A stretch of DNA of 64,000 nucleotides, taken from IMG/VR virus record IMGVR_UViG_3300049049_000146, positions 67,216 to 131,215 of that record. The stretch is one strand, 5' to 3'. The position numbers and the translations under genes were made by a program. This DNA comes from a virus. Lineage: Duplodnaviria > Heunggongvirae > Uroviricota > Caudoviricetes. The notes beneath the pieces were generated by a model. The model saw only the letters and a list, made by a program, of their open reading frames with translations. It was not told the DNA's origin and did no database searches. Below are positions 44,707 to 53,525 of the stretch, piece by piece (position 1 is the first letter of the stretch; each line of letters begins with the position of its first letter).

Positions 44707-44991
44707 TTACTCATCCTCGACCAGCGACACGAAACCTTCCTGAGCCTCAAGGAAGGCACGCTGTTCGTCGGTGACGTTGCAGAGTTCCAGCTGGAACTGG
44801 TCAGGACCACAGGTGTAATCCTTCGGACTGTAGTTCGGACAGGTGTACGAGAGACGGTTCTTCGCTAGAAGCCGAACCACAGGCAACGACTTCTCGACAG
44901 AGACGTTCCACGTAAGCCGGTAGAAACGCGCCTTCTTCATGTGCCTCCAAAAGCCGAAAGGCGGAGCAGCCGAAGCCGCCCCGCCTTTCAT
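44707..44991 (-). CDS. hypothetical protein
   Basis: 94 aa ORF. Confidence 0.45.
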   Translation of the reverse strand: MKGGAASAAPPFGFWRHMKKARFYRLTWNVSVEKSLPVVRLLAKNRLSYTCPNYSPKDYTCGPDQFQLELCNVTDEQRAFLEAQEGFVSLVEDE

Positions 44992-45359
44992 TCTTCCGCG
45001 CCTAGAGTCTGTAGCTCAGCCTTCAGACCTTCGATCTCGCGCTCGATCCACTTGATGTCTTCGTTCGTTGCTGTCTTGAGCTTATACCGCGCGATTCGAA
45101 TTCGATTTCTGATGGCCAGGACTTGTGCTGCACTTCGTTCAAGTGCAGGAGGTGTCGCCCCTGCCAACCACGACAGCCGCTCCTCGGGAGGATTGTGGCT
45201 ACTGAGATGCCAGCCCCCACAGATGCTACAGTCGTAATATCGCAGGCGATGAGAGCGAGGCAGCCCTCTTTCCTGCGCCCTTTTCATCGCCTGAGCAGCG
45301 GCGTAGTCGGTCAGGTACCGGACCTTACCCCGGCACTCCTTCCAGTCGCCCCTGCTCAC
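44988..45359 (-). CDS. hypothetical protein (CSICGGWH zinc motif)
   Basis: 123 aa ORF. Confidence 0.5.
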   Translation of the reverse strand: MSRGDWKECRGKVRYLTDYAAAQAMKRAQERGLPRSHRLRYYDCSICGGWHLSSHNPPEERLSWLAGATPPALERSAAQVLAIRNRIRIARYKLKTATNEDIKWIEREIEGLKAELQTLGAEE

Positions 45360-45365
45360 GGGAAA

Positions 45366-45860
45366 TCACTCCGCGGCAGCCTCGTCGCTCGTAATCACGC
45401 CACCGCCCTTGATCGCCTTCTTCAGGCTGCGGTTCGCGAGGGCGTCCTTCGCGATACGACGCACCACCGAATTCTTCGAGCAGTGCAGAGTGCGCAGAAC
45501 GCTAACCAGCGGGTTCTCGCCCTCCTTGTACTGCACAGCGCCACGAAGATTGCTGCGCTTGCGCTTCGGGTTCGTGCGACCCGTCTCCATCCGAAGAATA
45601 GCCATGTCACGGCCGATGATCTTGTCGAACGAATCGCCGACACGCTCCTCGACGACTCGATTGCGGGTGTCCTCGGTGCGCTTCCACTCGATCGGCCGGT
45701 TCACAGCGACGCCGTAGTACACGTTCCCATCGACGACGCGGCGAGCGATGGTGAGGACGCGCTGCTTGTTCTCCGGATCGCGGTGGTAGAAGTACATCAC
45801 GCGGTCCGAGATCTTGCCGCTCGTCTGCGTCTTCTCAGTCGTTTCAACAGAATCAGTCAT
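45366..45860 (-). CDS. hypothetical protein
   Basis: 164 aa ORF. Confidence 0.5.
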   Translation of the reverse strand: MTDSVETTEKTQTSGKISDRVMYFYHRDPENKQRVLTIARRVVDGNVYYGVAVNRPIEWKRTEDTRNRVVEERVGDSFDKIIGRDMAILRMETGRTNPKRKRSNLRGAVQYKEGENPLVSVLRTLHCSKNSVVRRIAKDALANRSLKKAIKGGGVITSDEAAAE

Positions 45861-45883
45861 CTGATAGCTCCTTGGTTCGTGTT

Positions 45884-46255
45884 TTACAGTTGATCGATGG
45901 CGAGGTTGTACGCCCGCGCCAGAGTGAAGTGCGTTACGTTCTCGGCCGCCTCGTAAGCTTCGGGGTCGAGGTATCGCTGCGTGCTGTCGACGAGGTATTC
46001 GTTCCCGCCGTCGTAGACAATTACAGTCCAGAGTCTCCTCGAACCGATGTACCCGCGACGGATGCGGACCTTCTCACTGAGGCGTACCTCAATGACATAG
46101 TCCTGGAGAACCTCCAGCGCCGTGCTGTCGGGAATGATCGAGGGCTCGTAGAACGCTTCGAACTTAGGCTTTCGTCCCCAGGGAACCATTATCTTTCTCG
46201 GGTGGGAGGAGGACCTTTTCGCGGAGACACAGGAGGAATCTTGTCGAAGCCCCAC
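45884..46255 (-). CDS. hypothetical protein
   Basis: 123 aa ORF. Confidence 0.5.
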   Translation of the reverse strand: MGLRQDSSCVSAKRSSSHPRKIMVPWGRKPKFEAFYEPSIIPDSTALEVLQDYVIEVRLSEKVRIRRGYIGSRRLWTVIVYDGGNEYLVDSTQRYLDPEAYEAAENVTHFTLARAYNLAIDQL

Positions 46256-46458
46256 GACTCACGCAGAGACACGCCAGGCCGAACCTCTACACGCTCCGTG
46301 CAGAGGGGCTTGTGTTCCGCGTAATCGTGGACTTCGTAGCCGCAGTCGGGGCAGTGGACATTTACCTGGAAGCGCAGCCTCGACTTCGGCTTGACTTTGA
46401 ATCCGAGTAGCTGCTTTAGGCGCTCAATCGTCCAGGCCATCGACACCTTCGCCATCAA
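46189..46458 (-). CDS. small zinc-ribbon protein
   Basis: 89 aa; CPDCGYEVHDYAEHKPLC. Confidence 0.4.
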   Translation of the reverse strand: MMAKVSMAWTIERLKQLLGFKVKPKSRLRFQVNVHCPDCGYEVHDYAEHKPLCTERVEVRPGVSLRESWGFDKIPPVSPRKGPPPTRER

Positions 46459-46816
46459 GGGTCACGGTCACGACCCTCTTCACGCGCACCTGCACCTTGC
46501 GCCAGATTTCGGAGTCCGAGAAATCCGCGTGCTCGGTCTTGACCATGTCGTTGTAGACCTCGACCGCTCGCGCGAACGAATCGACAGGTCCGAGCACAGC
46601 ACTCGAAAAATCGCTGACGCCGTAGTGGACCTCGAACGGCCCCTTGCACTCAGCGAACGTTCCGTCCTCTTGCTTGAGGAGCTTCTCGTACACGTAGAAT
46701 TCGTGACCGGGCAGGCCACAGGTCTTGCGAATGGTCGCCTGGAGATGATGCTTGCTCGGGAAATAGAGTGTCCCGAACAGGTTGCTCTCCATGCGGTATC
46801 TCACGTCGATGATCAT
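46424..46816 (-). CDS. hypothetical protein
   Basis: 130 aa ORF. Confidence 0.5.
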   Translation of the reverse strand: MIIDVRYRMESNLFGTLYFPSKHHLQATIRKTCGLPGHEFYVYEKLLKQEDGTFAECKGPFEVHYGVSDFSSAVLGPVDSFARAVEVYNDMVKTEHADFSDSEIWRKVQVRVKRVVTVTLDGEGVDGLDD

Positions 46817-47100
46817 CGGGGAATTTCCTTACTGATGCGGATGATTTCCGAGACGAGTCGGTGCAGGAGATCCTTGTCGAGAATCGTGAACCTATCGTCC
46901 AACCACTGAGTAATGTGATCGTACTCTTCGGATTCGGGCACAGTAATGGTGATGCTCGTCTTCGGAGAACTATCCATCCGCAGGACGAGAACTTCACCAA
47001 AACACAGAGACGCGGCCAGTTCACGGCACTGCGTGATCAGGTACGAGCCGCTCGGCGAATGAATCATCGAGACGGACTGCTCACGCTGATGGGTAATCAT
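46813..47100 (-). CDS. hypothetical protein
   Basis: 95 aa ORF. Confidence 0.45.
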   Translation of the reverse strand: MITHQREQSVSMIHSPSGSYLITQCRELAASLCFGEVLVLRMDSSPKTSITITVPESEEYDHITQWLDDRFTILDKDLLHRLVSEIIRISKEIPR

Positions 47101-47327
47101 CGACTTCTCCTAGCTTGCTGCTCGAACACACGACGTCGGCGGGCCCACGTGCTGGCCTCCAGTCGTTTCTCGCGCGCACGAGGAGAATCAGGATCTTCCC
47201 CGCTACTCACGATTGCATGGTATTCATGCATCGCGTCATTCTCGAATACGAGACAACGCTCAGCCGCCTCGTCCCACGTCTCACGACGAGGGAATAGCCA
47301 AGTCATTAGACGATCAAACCAGTGCAT
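47097..47327 (-). CDS. hypothetical protein
   Basis: 76 aa ORF. Confidence 0.45.
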   Translation of the reverse strand: MHWFDRLMTWLFPRRETWDEAAERCLVFENDAMHEYHAIVSSGEDPDSPRAREKRLEASTWARRRRVFEQQARRSR

Positions 47328-47379
47328 GTGCTCCCCAAACGAAAAAGGGCGGAGCCCCGAAAGGCCCCGCCCTAATTCA

Positions 47380-47604
47380 TCACTCCTCGACGAGGCTCTC
47401 GATCTCGTAGCGCTCGACCCGGGCCTCGGTCCCGGACTTCACGAAGCGGCCCAGCACCGCCGTACCCCTCGTGAACGGGTAGCACCCGAACCCATCCTCA
47501 GCGAGGAATAGGCGGTCCTCAGCGGCGCCGTCGTAGACATCCGCCGAAAGGAGAACCTTCCGGCCCTTGATCGATTCGCCCTCGATGCTCTTGGTCTTCA
47601 TCAC
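47380..47604 (-). CDS. hypothetical protein
   Basis: 74 aa ORF. Confidence 0.45.
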   Translation of the reverse strand: MMKTKSIEGESIKGRKVLLSADVYDGAAEDRLFLAEDGFGCYPFTRGTAVLGRFVKSGTEARVERYEIESLVEE

Positions 47605-48320
47605 GCCGTCTCCTCGGTCTGCGCCTGTCCCGACATGAACGGGCCCAGGATGCGGTCCAGCTGCTCCTTGGCGTAGGTGCCACCCTCACGCTTCCACTCG
47701 GTCAGGAGCAGGTCATAGAGCGACTGTGCGTCGCCCCGGCTGCTGTACCGAAGCTGCTCCGCGGCGAATAGCGCACGCAGCTGGATCCAGTACGAATCGA
47801 AGAACGAGTGCCCACACGAATCGACGCCGATGAGCAGGCCGTCGACCTGGGGATGCTCGTAGAGACGCAGGCCCACCTTGAAGCAATTCTCGCGAATCTT
47901 CGGGTGGTCCTCGACGTTGAAGAACGTGCCCCACATGGGCATCGGCGAGGAGTTCTCGCGGTCGTTGATCGCCTCCCGGGCCTTCTCGTCGTAGTCCTTC
48001 CAGCTGGCGAGATCCTCAGCGTACTGCTGCTCCTGGATCTCATTCAGGATGGAATTACCGTCCTCGTCGAGGCCCGCGCCAGCGTCGGCGTAATCCTCGC
48101 GATCGGGCTCGGTGAAGAGCTTGATCCCGAACTGCTCGTCCTCTTCGTTCGGCTCGACGTTCCACTCGGGAACCTCGACCGCGTCCTCGTTCTGGATCTC
48201 GGTGCAGTCCTCGAATCGCTCGGAGTCCTCGCCGATCACGAGCGACTGCGGGATCGAACTGGTATTGATGCGGAACCAGTCCTGCGTCGAGAAACTCGGG
48301 TCCGAAGCACGATAGAACAT
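47601..48320 (-). CDS. hypothetical acidic protein
   Basis: 239 aa; GCAGGAGG RBS; preceded by motif copy 6. Confidence 0.55.
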   Translation of the reverse strand: MFYRASDPSFSTQDWFRINTSSIPQSLVIGEDSERFEDCTEIQNEDAVEVPEWNVEPNEEDEQFGIKLFTEPDREDYADAGAGLDEDGNSILNEIQEQQYAEDLASWKDYDEKAREAINDRENSSPMPMWGTFFNVEDHPKIRENCFKVGLRLYEHPQVDGLLIGVDSCGHSFFDSYWIQLRALFAAEQLRYSSRGDAQSLYDLLLTEWKREGGTYAKEQLDRILGPFMSGQAQTEETA

Positions 48321-48358
48321 GTGAGCCTCCTGCGAAACGGGAAATCGCTAGCTTCTAC

Positions 48359-48377
48359 TAGTATCGTCGGACTTTGG
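48359..48377 (-). promoter_or_regulatory. conserved intergenic motif copy 6 (ACCAAAGTCCGACGATACTAG)
   Basis: 4 nt after the TGA stop at 48382 and ~35 nt upstream of the ATG at 48320. Confidence 0.5.
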
Positions 48378-48381
48378 TCCG

Positions 48382-48795
48382 TCAGATCTTGGGGAGGGTG
48401 TTGAGGACATCTGCCACCTCACGCAGGAAATCTCTCACCTGCGTTCTGGTGTAGATTCCATCCATGCCCTTGGCGACGACGACAATCGTCTGTTGCATGA
48501 TGTCAATCGTCTTCTTCGCGACATCCAGGTCCTTCTGGACTTGGCTCGGATCCCGCTTCAGATACGCAACCTCATCCTTGAGCTTCTTGATTTCTGCGGA
48601 CGAAGAATTCTCTAGCGCCTTGAGCTTTTCGCTCACCGAGGCAGCGTGAAGCCAACCCTTCTGCTCCTCGGTCTTCGCAGCAGTCTTCGACGTAGCTATC
48701 CAGTCGATGAGCGATTTGTTTTCCGCCTCTAGCTCTTCGATTCGGCGGCGCAGAGAAGAGAACTCCTGAGACCACTGGTCGTCTCGGAAGGTCAT
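48382..48795 (-). CDS. hypothetical coiled-coil protein
   Basis: 137 aa ORF. Confidence 0.5.
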   Translation of the reverse strand: MTFRDDQWSQEFSSLRRRIEELEAENKSLIDWIATSKTAAKTEEQKGWLHAASVSEKLKALENSSSAEIKKLKDEVAYLKRDPSQVQKDLDVAKKTIDIMQQTIVVVAKGMDGIYTRTQVRDFLREVADVLNTLPKI

Positions 48796-49073
48796 TCCTC
48801 GAATGCCCTGCCCGTGAGCCTCTCGTACAGCGAGAGGGCGTAGCTTACGTGGACACGCATTAGCGAAGAATCGGGAGTGACGGGGATATTTCCGGGGCGC
48901 CAGAACGTCAGCCAGCCACCGCGATCGTCCGTGCCGTGGTGAACCCAGCCCACGTCCGCGATTGCGTCAGCGAGCTTGTTCCACGCACGGCCAGCGACCT
49001 CAAGCGAGTCGGTCCGCTTGCCGAGCGGAGTCGTGAAGATTTCGGTAGGTCTCGTCATCGGGCCACCTCGCAA
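48792..49073 (-). CDS. hypothetical protein
   Basis: 93 aa ORF. Confidence 0.45.
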   Translation of the reverse strand: MRGGPMTRPTEIFTTPLGKRTDSLEVAGRAWNKLADAIADVGWVHHGTDDRGGWLTFWRPGNIPVTPDSSLMRVHVSYALSLYERLTGRAFEE

Positions 49074-49257
49074 TCACTTTCAGCGCGCCGATCACCGCAT
49101 ACGAAAGGGCGGTGTTGAACACCGTAATGTTTCGCTCCCATGCACCATCAGGAGCGACCCAGTAAGAAACGAAACACCACGTGATGAAGAACAGACAGAT
49201 GTAGAACACACGCTTACGGACAAATTGCCGCAGCTTCATTCGCCAGCTGAGCTTCAT
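49000..49257 (-). CDS. small membrane protein
   Basis: Start at MKLSWRMKL; two hydrophobic helices. Confidence 0.4.
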   Translation of the reverse strand: MKLSWRMKLRQFVRKRVFYICLFFITWCFVSYWVAPDGAWERNITVFNTALSYAVIGALKVIARWPDDETYRNLHDSARQADRLA

Positions 49258-50495
49258 TGCGGGTGAACCTCGTGCTGCGGCCACACCTGACCCGCGTGGT
49301 TGACCTTGATGATCCACTCCTCACGCGGCTCGAATTGCTGGTAATCAGCGAGGCTGCTCGGCGAATACGTCCAGGTGTCCTGCTCTTCGACGAACACCAC
49401 CTGGTACGATTCAGCCTGGAGAATTCGCCAGTTCGGGGGCGAAGCATGAAGCCGAGTGCCCCAATACGTTTCCCGTCCGGTACCCGACGTCACCTCAGTA
49501 TCCCGAACAATCCACCGGTAGTAATCGTAGGTACACCAGTCATCGTAAACAGGACACTGATCGTAACACGTACTACAGCGTTCCTCCGAGCAGGTATCGC
49601 AGCATGTACTGCACGATTCCTCTTCGTGACAGGACGAATACCCGTTGCCGAGATCCGAACAGCTTTCGTGCGTCACGCAGTTGCAATCGTGGCATCGGCA
49701 GTCGTACGAGACCTGACGGCAATTGCAGTCGTGAGGATTGCAATCCCGGGTGCCGTGCTGCCGACGCTCACAGTGCACGTTGAAGGCGTCGATCGGATGG
49801 CCCCATCCCGAGCCGTGCTGGACCGTACGCTCCTCTAGCGTCCTCGTGTACTGCCACGCCGTGGACTGCACGAACGTGTCTTCTTCGTGCGGCACGCAGA
49901 GCCAGACGAAGAACATCACGAAGGCGGTGCACGCAGCGAGGATAGCGATGCCGAGTGCAATCGCTCCGGCCCTTCCGGGATTTCTCGGTGCGTCAATGGG
50001 TCGACCACCGACATACAGCTGAACCGGAGGACGAGGAACAGCCTCATCCGCCATCTTCTTGATCTTCTCCTTGCGACGGAGAAGGTCCTCGCGCGTCGGG
50101 CTCGTACGGTATCCCGCGGGTTCCGGGGGAGGAGCCGGTTCGGGAATTACCGGAGGCGGCGAATCGAGCGAAATCGCATTCGACGGATTCGGGTCGTGCA
50201 TCGCCTCCTTACGGGGCGCACCGCACTGCTCACACGTCTTACGTGAGAGGTCCCGATTGTCCCACGAACAGTAGCTGCAAGTCCAGTTTGCACCAGCACG
50301 TGCCTGCTTCAACTGCTCCGGGTTCGTCACCGTCGGACGATTCGACGGAAGCTCGTATTTCTCGTGGCGGTCTTTTGGCTCGCCACACGACTGACAAGTC
50401 ATGTGACGACCAAGATTCGATGCTCGGCACGCCGAACACGTCCAAGTGTTCTCGACGATCCGAGAAGGACCCTTCCTCACAACTCGTCTGGTCAT
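49254..50495 (-). CDS. membrane protein with two N-terminal RanBP2-type zinc fingers and a Cys/His/Asp-rich extracytoplasmic domain
   Basis: 413 aa; WTCSACRASNLGRHMTCQSCG and WTCSYCSWDNRDLSRKTCEQCG (W-x-C-x2-C-x3-N-x6-C-x2-C); Pro-rich linker; TM helix AIALGIAILAACTAFVMFFVWLCV; C-terminal CxxC/CH/CD-dense segment; GGAGGGAG RBS and motif copy 7 directly upstream. Confidence 0.6.
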   Translation of the reverse strand: MTRRVVRKGPSRIVENTWTCSACRASNLGRHMTCQSCGEPKDRHEKYELPSNRPTVTNPEQLKQARAGANWTCSYCSWDNRDLSRKTCEQCGAPRKEAMHDPNPSNAISLDSPPPVIPEPAPPPEPAGYRTSPTREDLLRRKEKIKKMADEAVPRPPVQLYVGGRPIDAPRNPGRAGAIALGIAILAACTAFVMFFVWLCVPHEEDTFVQSTAWQYTRTLEERTVQHGSGWGHPIDAFNVHCERRQHGTRDCNPHDCNCRQVSYDCRCHDCNCVTHESCSDLGNGYSSCHEEESCSTCCDTCSEERCSTCYDQCPVYDDWCTYDYYRWIVRDTEVTSGTGRETYWGTRLHASPPNWRILQAESYQVVFVEEQDTWTYSPSSLADYQQFEPREEWIIKVNHAGQVWPQHEVHPQ

Positions 50496-50511
50496 TGCTC
50501 CCTCCGACCTT

Positions 50512-50530
50512 TAGTATCGGCGGAGTTTCC
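50512..50530 (-). promoter_or_regulatory. conserved intergenic motif copy 7 (GGGAAACTCCGCCGATACTAAAGG, variant)
   Basis: 3 nt after the TAA stop at 50534 and ~17 nt upstream of the ATG at 50495. Confidence 0.45.
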
Positions 50531-50533
50531 CTT

Positions 50534-50827
50534 TTACTGATTCAGAGTCGTGCGCAGGAAGTCTTCGTAGAACTTCTTGATATCCGCGGCGAGCGTATCG
50601 ATGTCCACGTGGATCGTGCTGAGCGGCTGGTTGCGCTGAGTACGACGCGTCGTGTACCTGTGGAACGAATTACGAGCGTCGGTCACGTCCATGCCCCACG
50701 CAGACGGAGCGACGGTGACGAAGAGGATGAAGAACATGTCTTCAAGCGATTCCTTCGTCTGCGCATACATCCTCGGACGCGTGAGCATTGCGTCGAGGGT
50801 TTCGAGAATAGAGTCCTGGAGATTCAC
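50534..50827 (-). CDS. hypothetical protein
   Basis: 97 aa ORF. Confidence 0.5.
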   Translation of the reverse strand: MNLQDSILETLDAMLTRPRMYAQTKESLEDMFFILFVTVAPSAWGMDVTDARNSFHRYTTRRTQRNQPLSTIHVDIDTLAADIKKFYEDFLRTTLNQ

Positions 50828-51339
50828 GTCCGAATCCCTCGTTCACGAAGACGCTTCTTGCGCTTGTTTTCGAGTTCGACGTCCTGCATTCGCAGGTATT
50901 GAGGCTTGCCCTCGAAAAGAGTAAGCCCCCTCTGGTTCGCGACGAATTCAGACACCGCCGCCTGGGCAACTCCATTGTAGCTGGAGAAGTTGTACGACCC
51001 TCCAGCACGCGACCACCTGTCGACCTGCTCGACGATTTCCGCTGCCTCTTGCTCGGTCGCGGGCCGAATAGGATACGTGGGCAGGTTCTGCCACCACTCG
51101 ACGCCGTCCTGAGGAACGCTACTGTAGCCCCAGTAGGTATCGCCGCTCGGCACGGCCGGAACGAGCCAGCCAATCTGGTCTCCGTGCCGTGCGAGATCGA
51201 GGTACTTGTTCTGGTCTCGCTGCGCGCAGAACACGCAAAGAAGCTCGACAGAGGACGCAACGGTCTGGTACTGACGCCAGAGCTTGCAATCCTTGTTGCC
51301 GCACTTCGAACAGACGTAATTCTCGCGGGCGTAGCTCAT
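50824..51339 (-). CDS. hypothetical protein (N-terminal CxxC..CxxC)
   Basis: 171 aa ORF. Confidence 0.5.
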   Translation of the reverse strand: MSYARENYVCSKCGNKDCKLWRQYQTVASSVELLCVFCAQRDQNKYLDLARHGDQIGWLVPAVPSGDTYWGYSSVPQDGVEWWQNLPTYPIRPATEQEAAEIVEQVDRWSRAGGSYNFSSYNGVAQAAVSEFVANQRGLTLFEGKPQYLRMQDVELENKRKKRLRERGIRT

Positions 51340-51551
51340 GCGCGTCGCGCCCCGGGGCCGACGAACATCGGCATCTGAATCAGCCGACCGCCATTCTTCA
51401 CGCGCTCGATCGCCGTCTTCGGGCGTACGACCACGTCAAGAACAGCAAAGCCAGCGAAAACCGAAACCAGATACGCCGTCTCCAGGTGCCACTTGATGTT
51501 ACGCATTGAGTCCCTCGTACTTCTCGCCCGTGTCGGTGAACACGAGCCCAT
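51336..51551 (-). CDS. small membrane protein
   Basis: 71 aa ORF. Confidence 0.4.
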   Translation of the reverse strand: MGSCSPTRARSTRDSMRNIKWHLETAYLVSVFAGFAVLDVVVRPKTAIERVKNGGRLIQMPMFVGPGARRA

Positions 51552-52572
51552 CCTCTAGAGTCACACGAACAGGTCGAATTCCCAGGCGCTCACGCACCGG
51601 AAGCTGCTTGTTCCATGCATCGCGGGTTTCGTCCTGCTGCTTCTGCCAGCGGTCGAATAGACCTTCGATTTCTTCCTTCGTCTCGTAGAGACAATAACCA
51701 CCGCCATTCTTGACGACGGTGAGACCCTTTTCGCCTGCGGTCTTATCGATGACCGCCCAGCCGTTAAAAGGTCCCGGTGAAATCTTGTGCGCCTCTTCGT
51801 AGACGTGCTTGATCGCCGGGATGAATCGATACATGGCCAGGTTGAGGTTTGCCTTCTCCTGACCATCGGGGATGATCTTCGGAGCGCTGTCAGCCTTGCT
51901 GAAAATCCGCTTCATCGAATACGCGAACGACACGTGCTCTACAATGCGAAGCGACTTATCGAGCGGGGAAATATGGTCGGGCAGCGCCGATTCAGGCTGC
52001 GCCAGCACATAATGATTCTTGACGAGGTGCCAGACCAGGCAGATCACGAACCACGGGTCGACGACCGTATTCTCATCACCAGGAATCTTAGTGTCGCCGC
52101 GCTGATACGCGCCGTACTTTTCGACGAGAGCGAAGACCTTGTCATCGTCCATCGCGTCCCAGTAATACAGGGCGTCTTGTTCCGGCTCATGATGATTTGC
52201 CTGCCGCTCCGCAAGCTCAGCCAATTCGATGGGCTTGACCCACTCGTCGGCGTGTCTGAACCACGAGCAGACGATGTCCTGGATTTGGCTGGCGGAACCG
52301 CAGCAGCCTCCGATGTAGAAGTTCCCCGCGTTGCTGGCGATGCCGAACCACTGAACCGGCGAGAGGGGAAGCTTCACCGCGCTGAAGTACGGTCGCGGCT
52401 TAAGCTCACGAGTCCCGTCCTCGTTGGTGTCCCACTTCTCGATCTGGTGGAATTCGGCGCCCAGCTGAGTGAGCCCTGCCTTGCAGTCTTCGAGGTTCTT
52501 CAGACTACGCATTTGCACGCCTCCAACCAATAGCTGCGTAAGCTTCCTGACGACCCTTGTCGTAGGCTTCAT
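51499..52572 (-). CDS. hypothetical protein
   Basis: 357 aa ORF (start may be the internal MRSLKN). Confidence 0.55.
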   Translation of the reverse strand: MKPTTRVVRKLTQLLVGGVQMRSLKNLEDCKAGLTQLGAEFHQIEKWDTNEDGTRELKPRPYFSAVKLPLSPVQWFGIASNAGNFYIGGCCGSASQIQDIVCSWFRHADEWVKPIELAELAERQANHHEPEQDALYYWDAMDDDKVFALVEKYGAYQRGDTKIPGDENTVVDPWFVICLVWHLVKNHYVLAQPESALPDHISPLDKSLRIVEHVSFAYSMKRIFSKADSAPKIIPDGQEKANLNLAMYRFIPAIKHVYEEAHKISPGPFNGWAVIDKTAGEKGLTVVKNGGGYCLYETKEEIEGLFDRWQKQQDETRDAWNKQLPVRERLGIRPVRVTLEDGLVFTDTGEKYEGLNA

Positions 52573-52762
52573 CGCGGGCCCGCTCTGCGTTCTTCAGCCT
52601 CGCTTCGAGTTCGTAGCAGCGCTCGCGGAGACTGTCTTCAGACTTCATGAGCGCCCGAACATTTCGAACCAGCATGCGAACCGTAGGAATGAGAGGACTA
52701 TCGTAGAACTTGATCGTCTTCTCAATCTCGGTAAGCGTCTTCCGGTCCATGATCTTTGTCAT
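52505..52762 (-). CDS. hypothetical protein
   Basis: 85 aa ORF. Confidence 0.45.
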   Translation of the reverse strand: MTKIMDRKTLTEIEKTIKFYDSPLIPTVRMLVRNVRALMKSEDSLRERCYELEARLKNAERARDEAYDKGRQEAYAAIGWRRANA

Positions 52763-53030
52763 CTAGAATCTCCTTGGCCCAAGCTTTGAGCTTCTTCGAA
52801 AAGCGTTCTGCTCTGATCTGCGATTCACCCACCGCGAGAGCGAACGCAATGATCAGAAAAGCGAGAATGATCGCGCCAGCCACACTCTTCACCGTTTCCC
52901 AGGTATCCGTAACTAGGCCGTAGCCAACGTACCAAAGCCCCGCGAAGAAAATCGCGAGCATGAACGCCGCTGAGAACAGTGTCTGTGCATTCAAAACGAA
53001 CCAAGCAAATGCTCGCTTAATCTTCGTCAC
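52722..53030 (-). CDS. small membrane protein
   Basis: 102 aa; GTG start; two TM helices. Confidence 0.45.
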   Translation of the reverse strand: MTKIKRAFAWFVLNAQTLFSAAFMLAIFFAGLWYVGYGLVTDTWETVKSVAGAIILAFLIIAFALAVGESQIRAERFSKKLKAWAKEILDDKDHGPEDAYRD

Positions 53031-53171
53031 GGTTCTCCTCAGCCTCTCTAAGCTCTTTTAACTTCGTGAAGAACACCACCAACGACTCACCAATTAGTCG
53101 GCGGATGTGGCGAGCCGCCGACGGCTTTATTGGCGCATCGTTTTCGAGCATTCGCCACAGCTTCCGCACGT

Positions 53172-53525
53172 TCATGAGTTGTCCGTGTCGTCTCCCGTCA
53201 TCCTAACGATGTGGTTGACGTTCGCTGCAATGTGCTCGTCGTGCGCCAGGTCCTTGCCCGTGTGCGAATACGTATTCGCCTTCGCTTCAGCTTCCTGATT
53301 TGCCTGGCCCTGCACAAGCGCAGAACCACGACCCGTCAAGCGATACTGCGCACCGCCACCCGGAGGGAGGCGCGTCAGGTACCCCTGTGCAACGAGGCCC
53401 TCAATGACGCGAAGAATCGTCGTCTCTGGTACGCTGTAATACGAAGCCAGATTCGCGACCGCATCGTTGTCCTTGTAGATTCGGCCAAGGACAACAGAAG
53501 CGCTAATTACTCGTCTCGATACCAT
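53172..53525 (-). CDS. winged-helix DNA-binding protein (MarR/ArsR-like fold)
   Basis: Start at MVSRRV; NLASYYSVPETTILRVIEGLVAQGYLTR...YRLT looks like a wHTH recognition helix and wing. Confidence 0.5.
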   Translation of the reverse strand: MVSRRVISASVVLGRIYKDNDAVANLASYYSVPETTILRVIEGLVAQGYLTRLPPGGGAQYRLTGRGSALVQGQANQEAEAKANTYSHTGKDLAHDEHIAANVNHIVRMTGDDTDNS

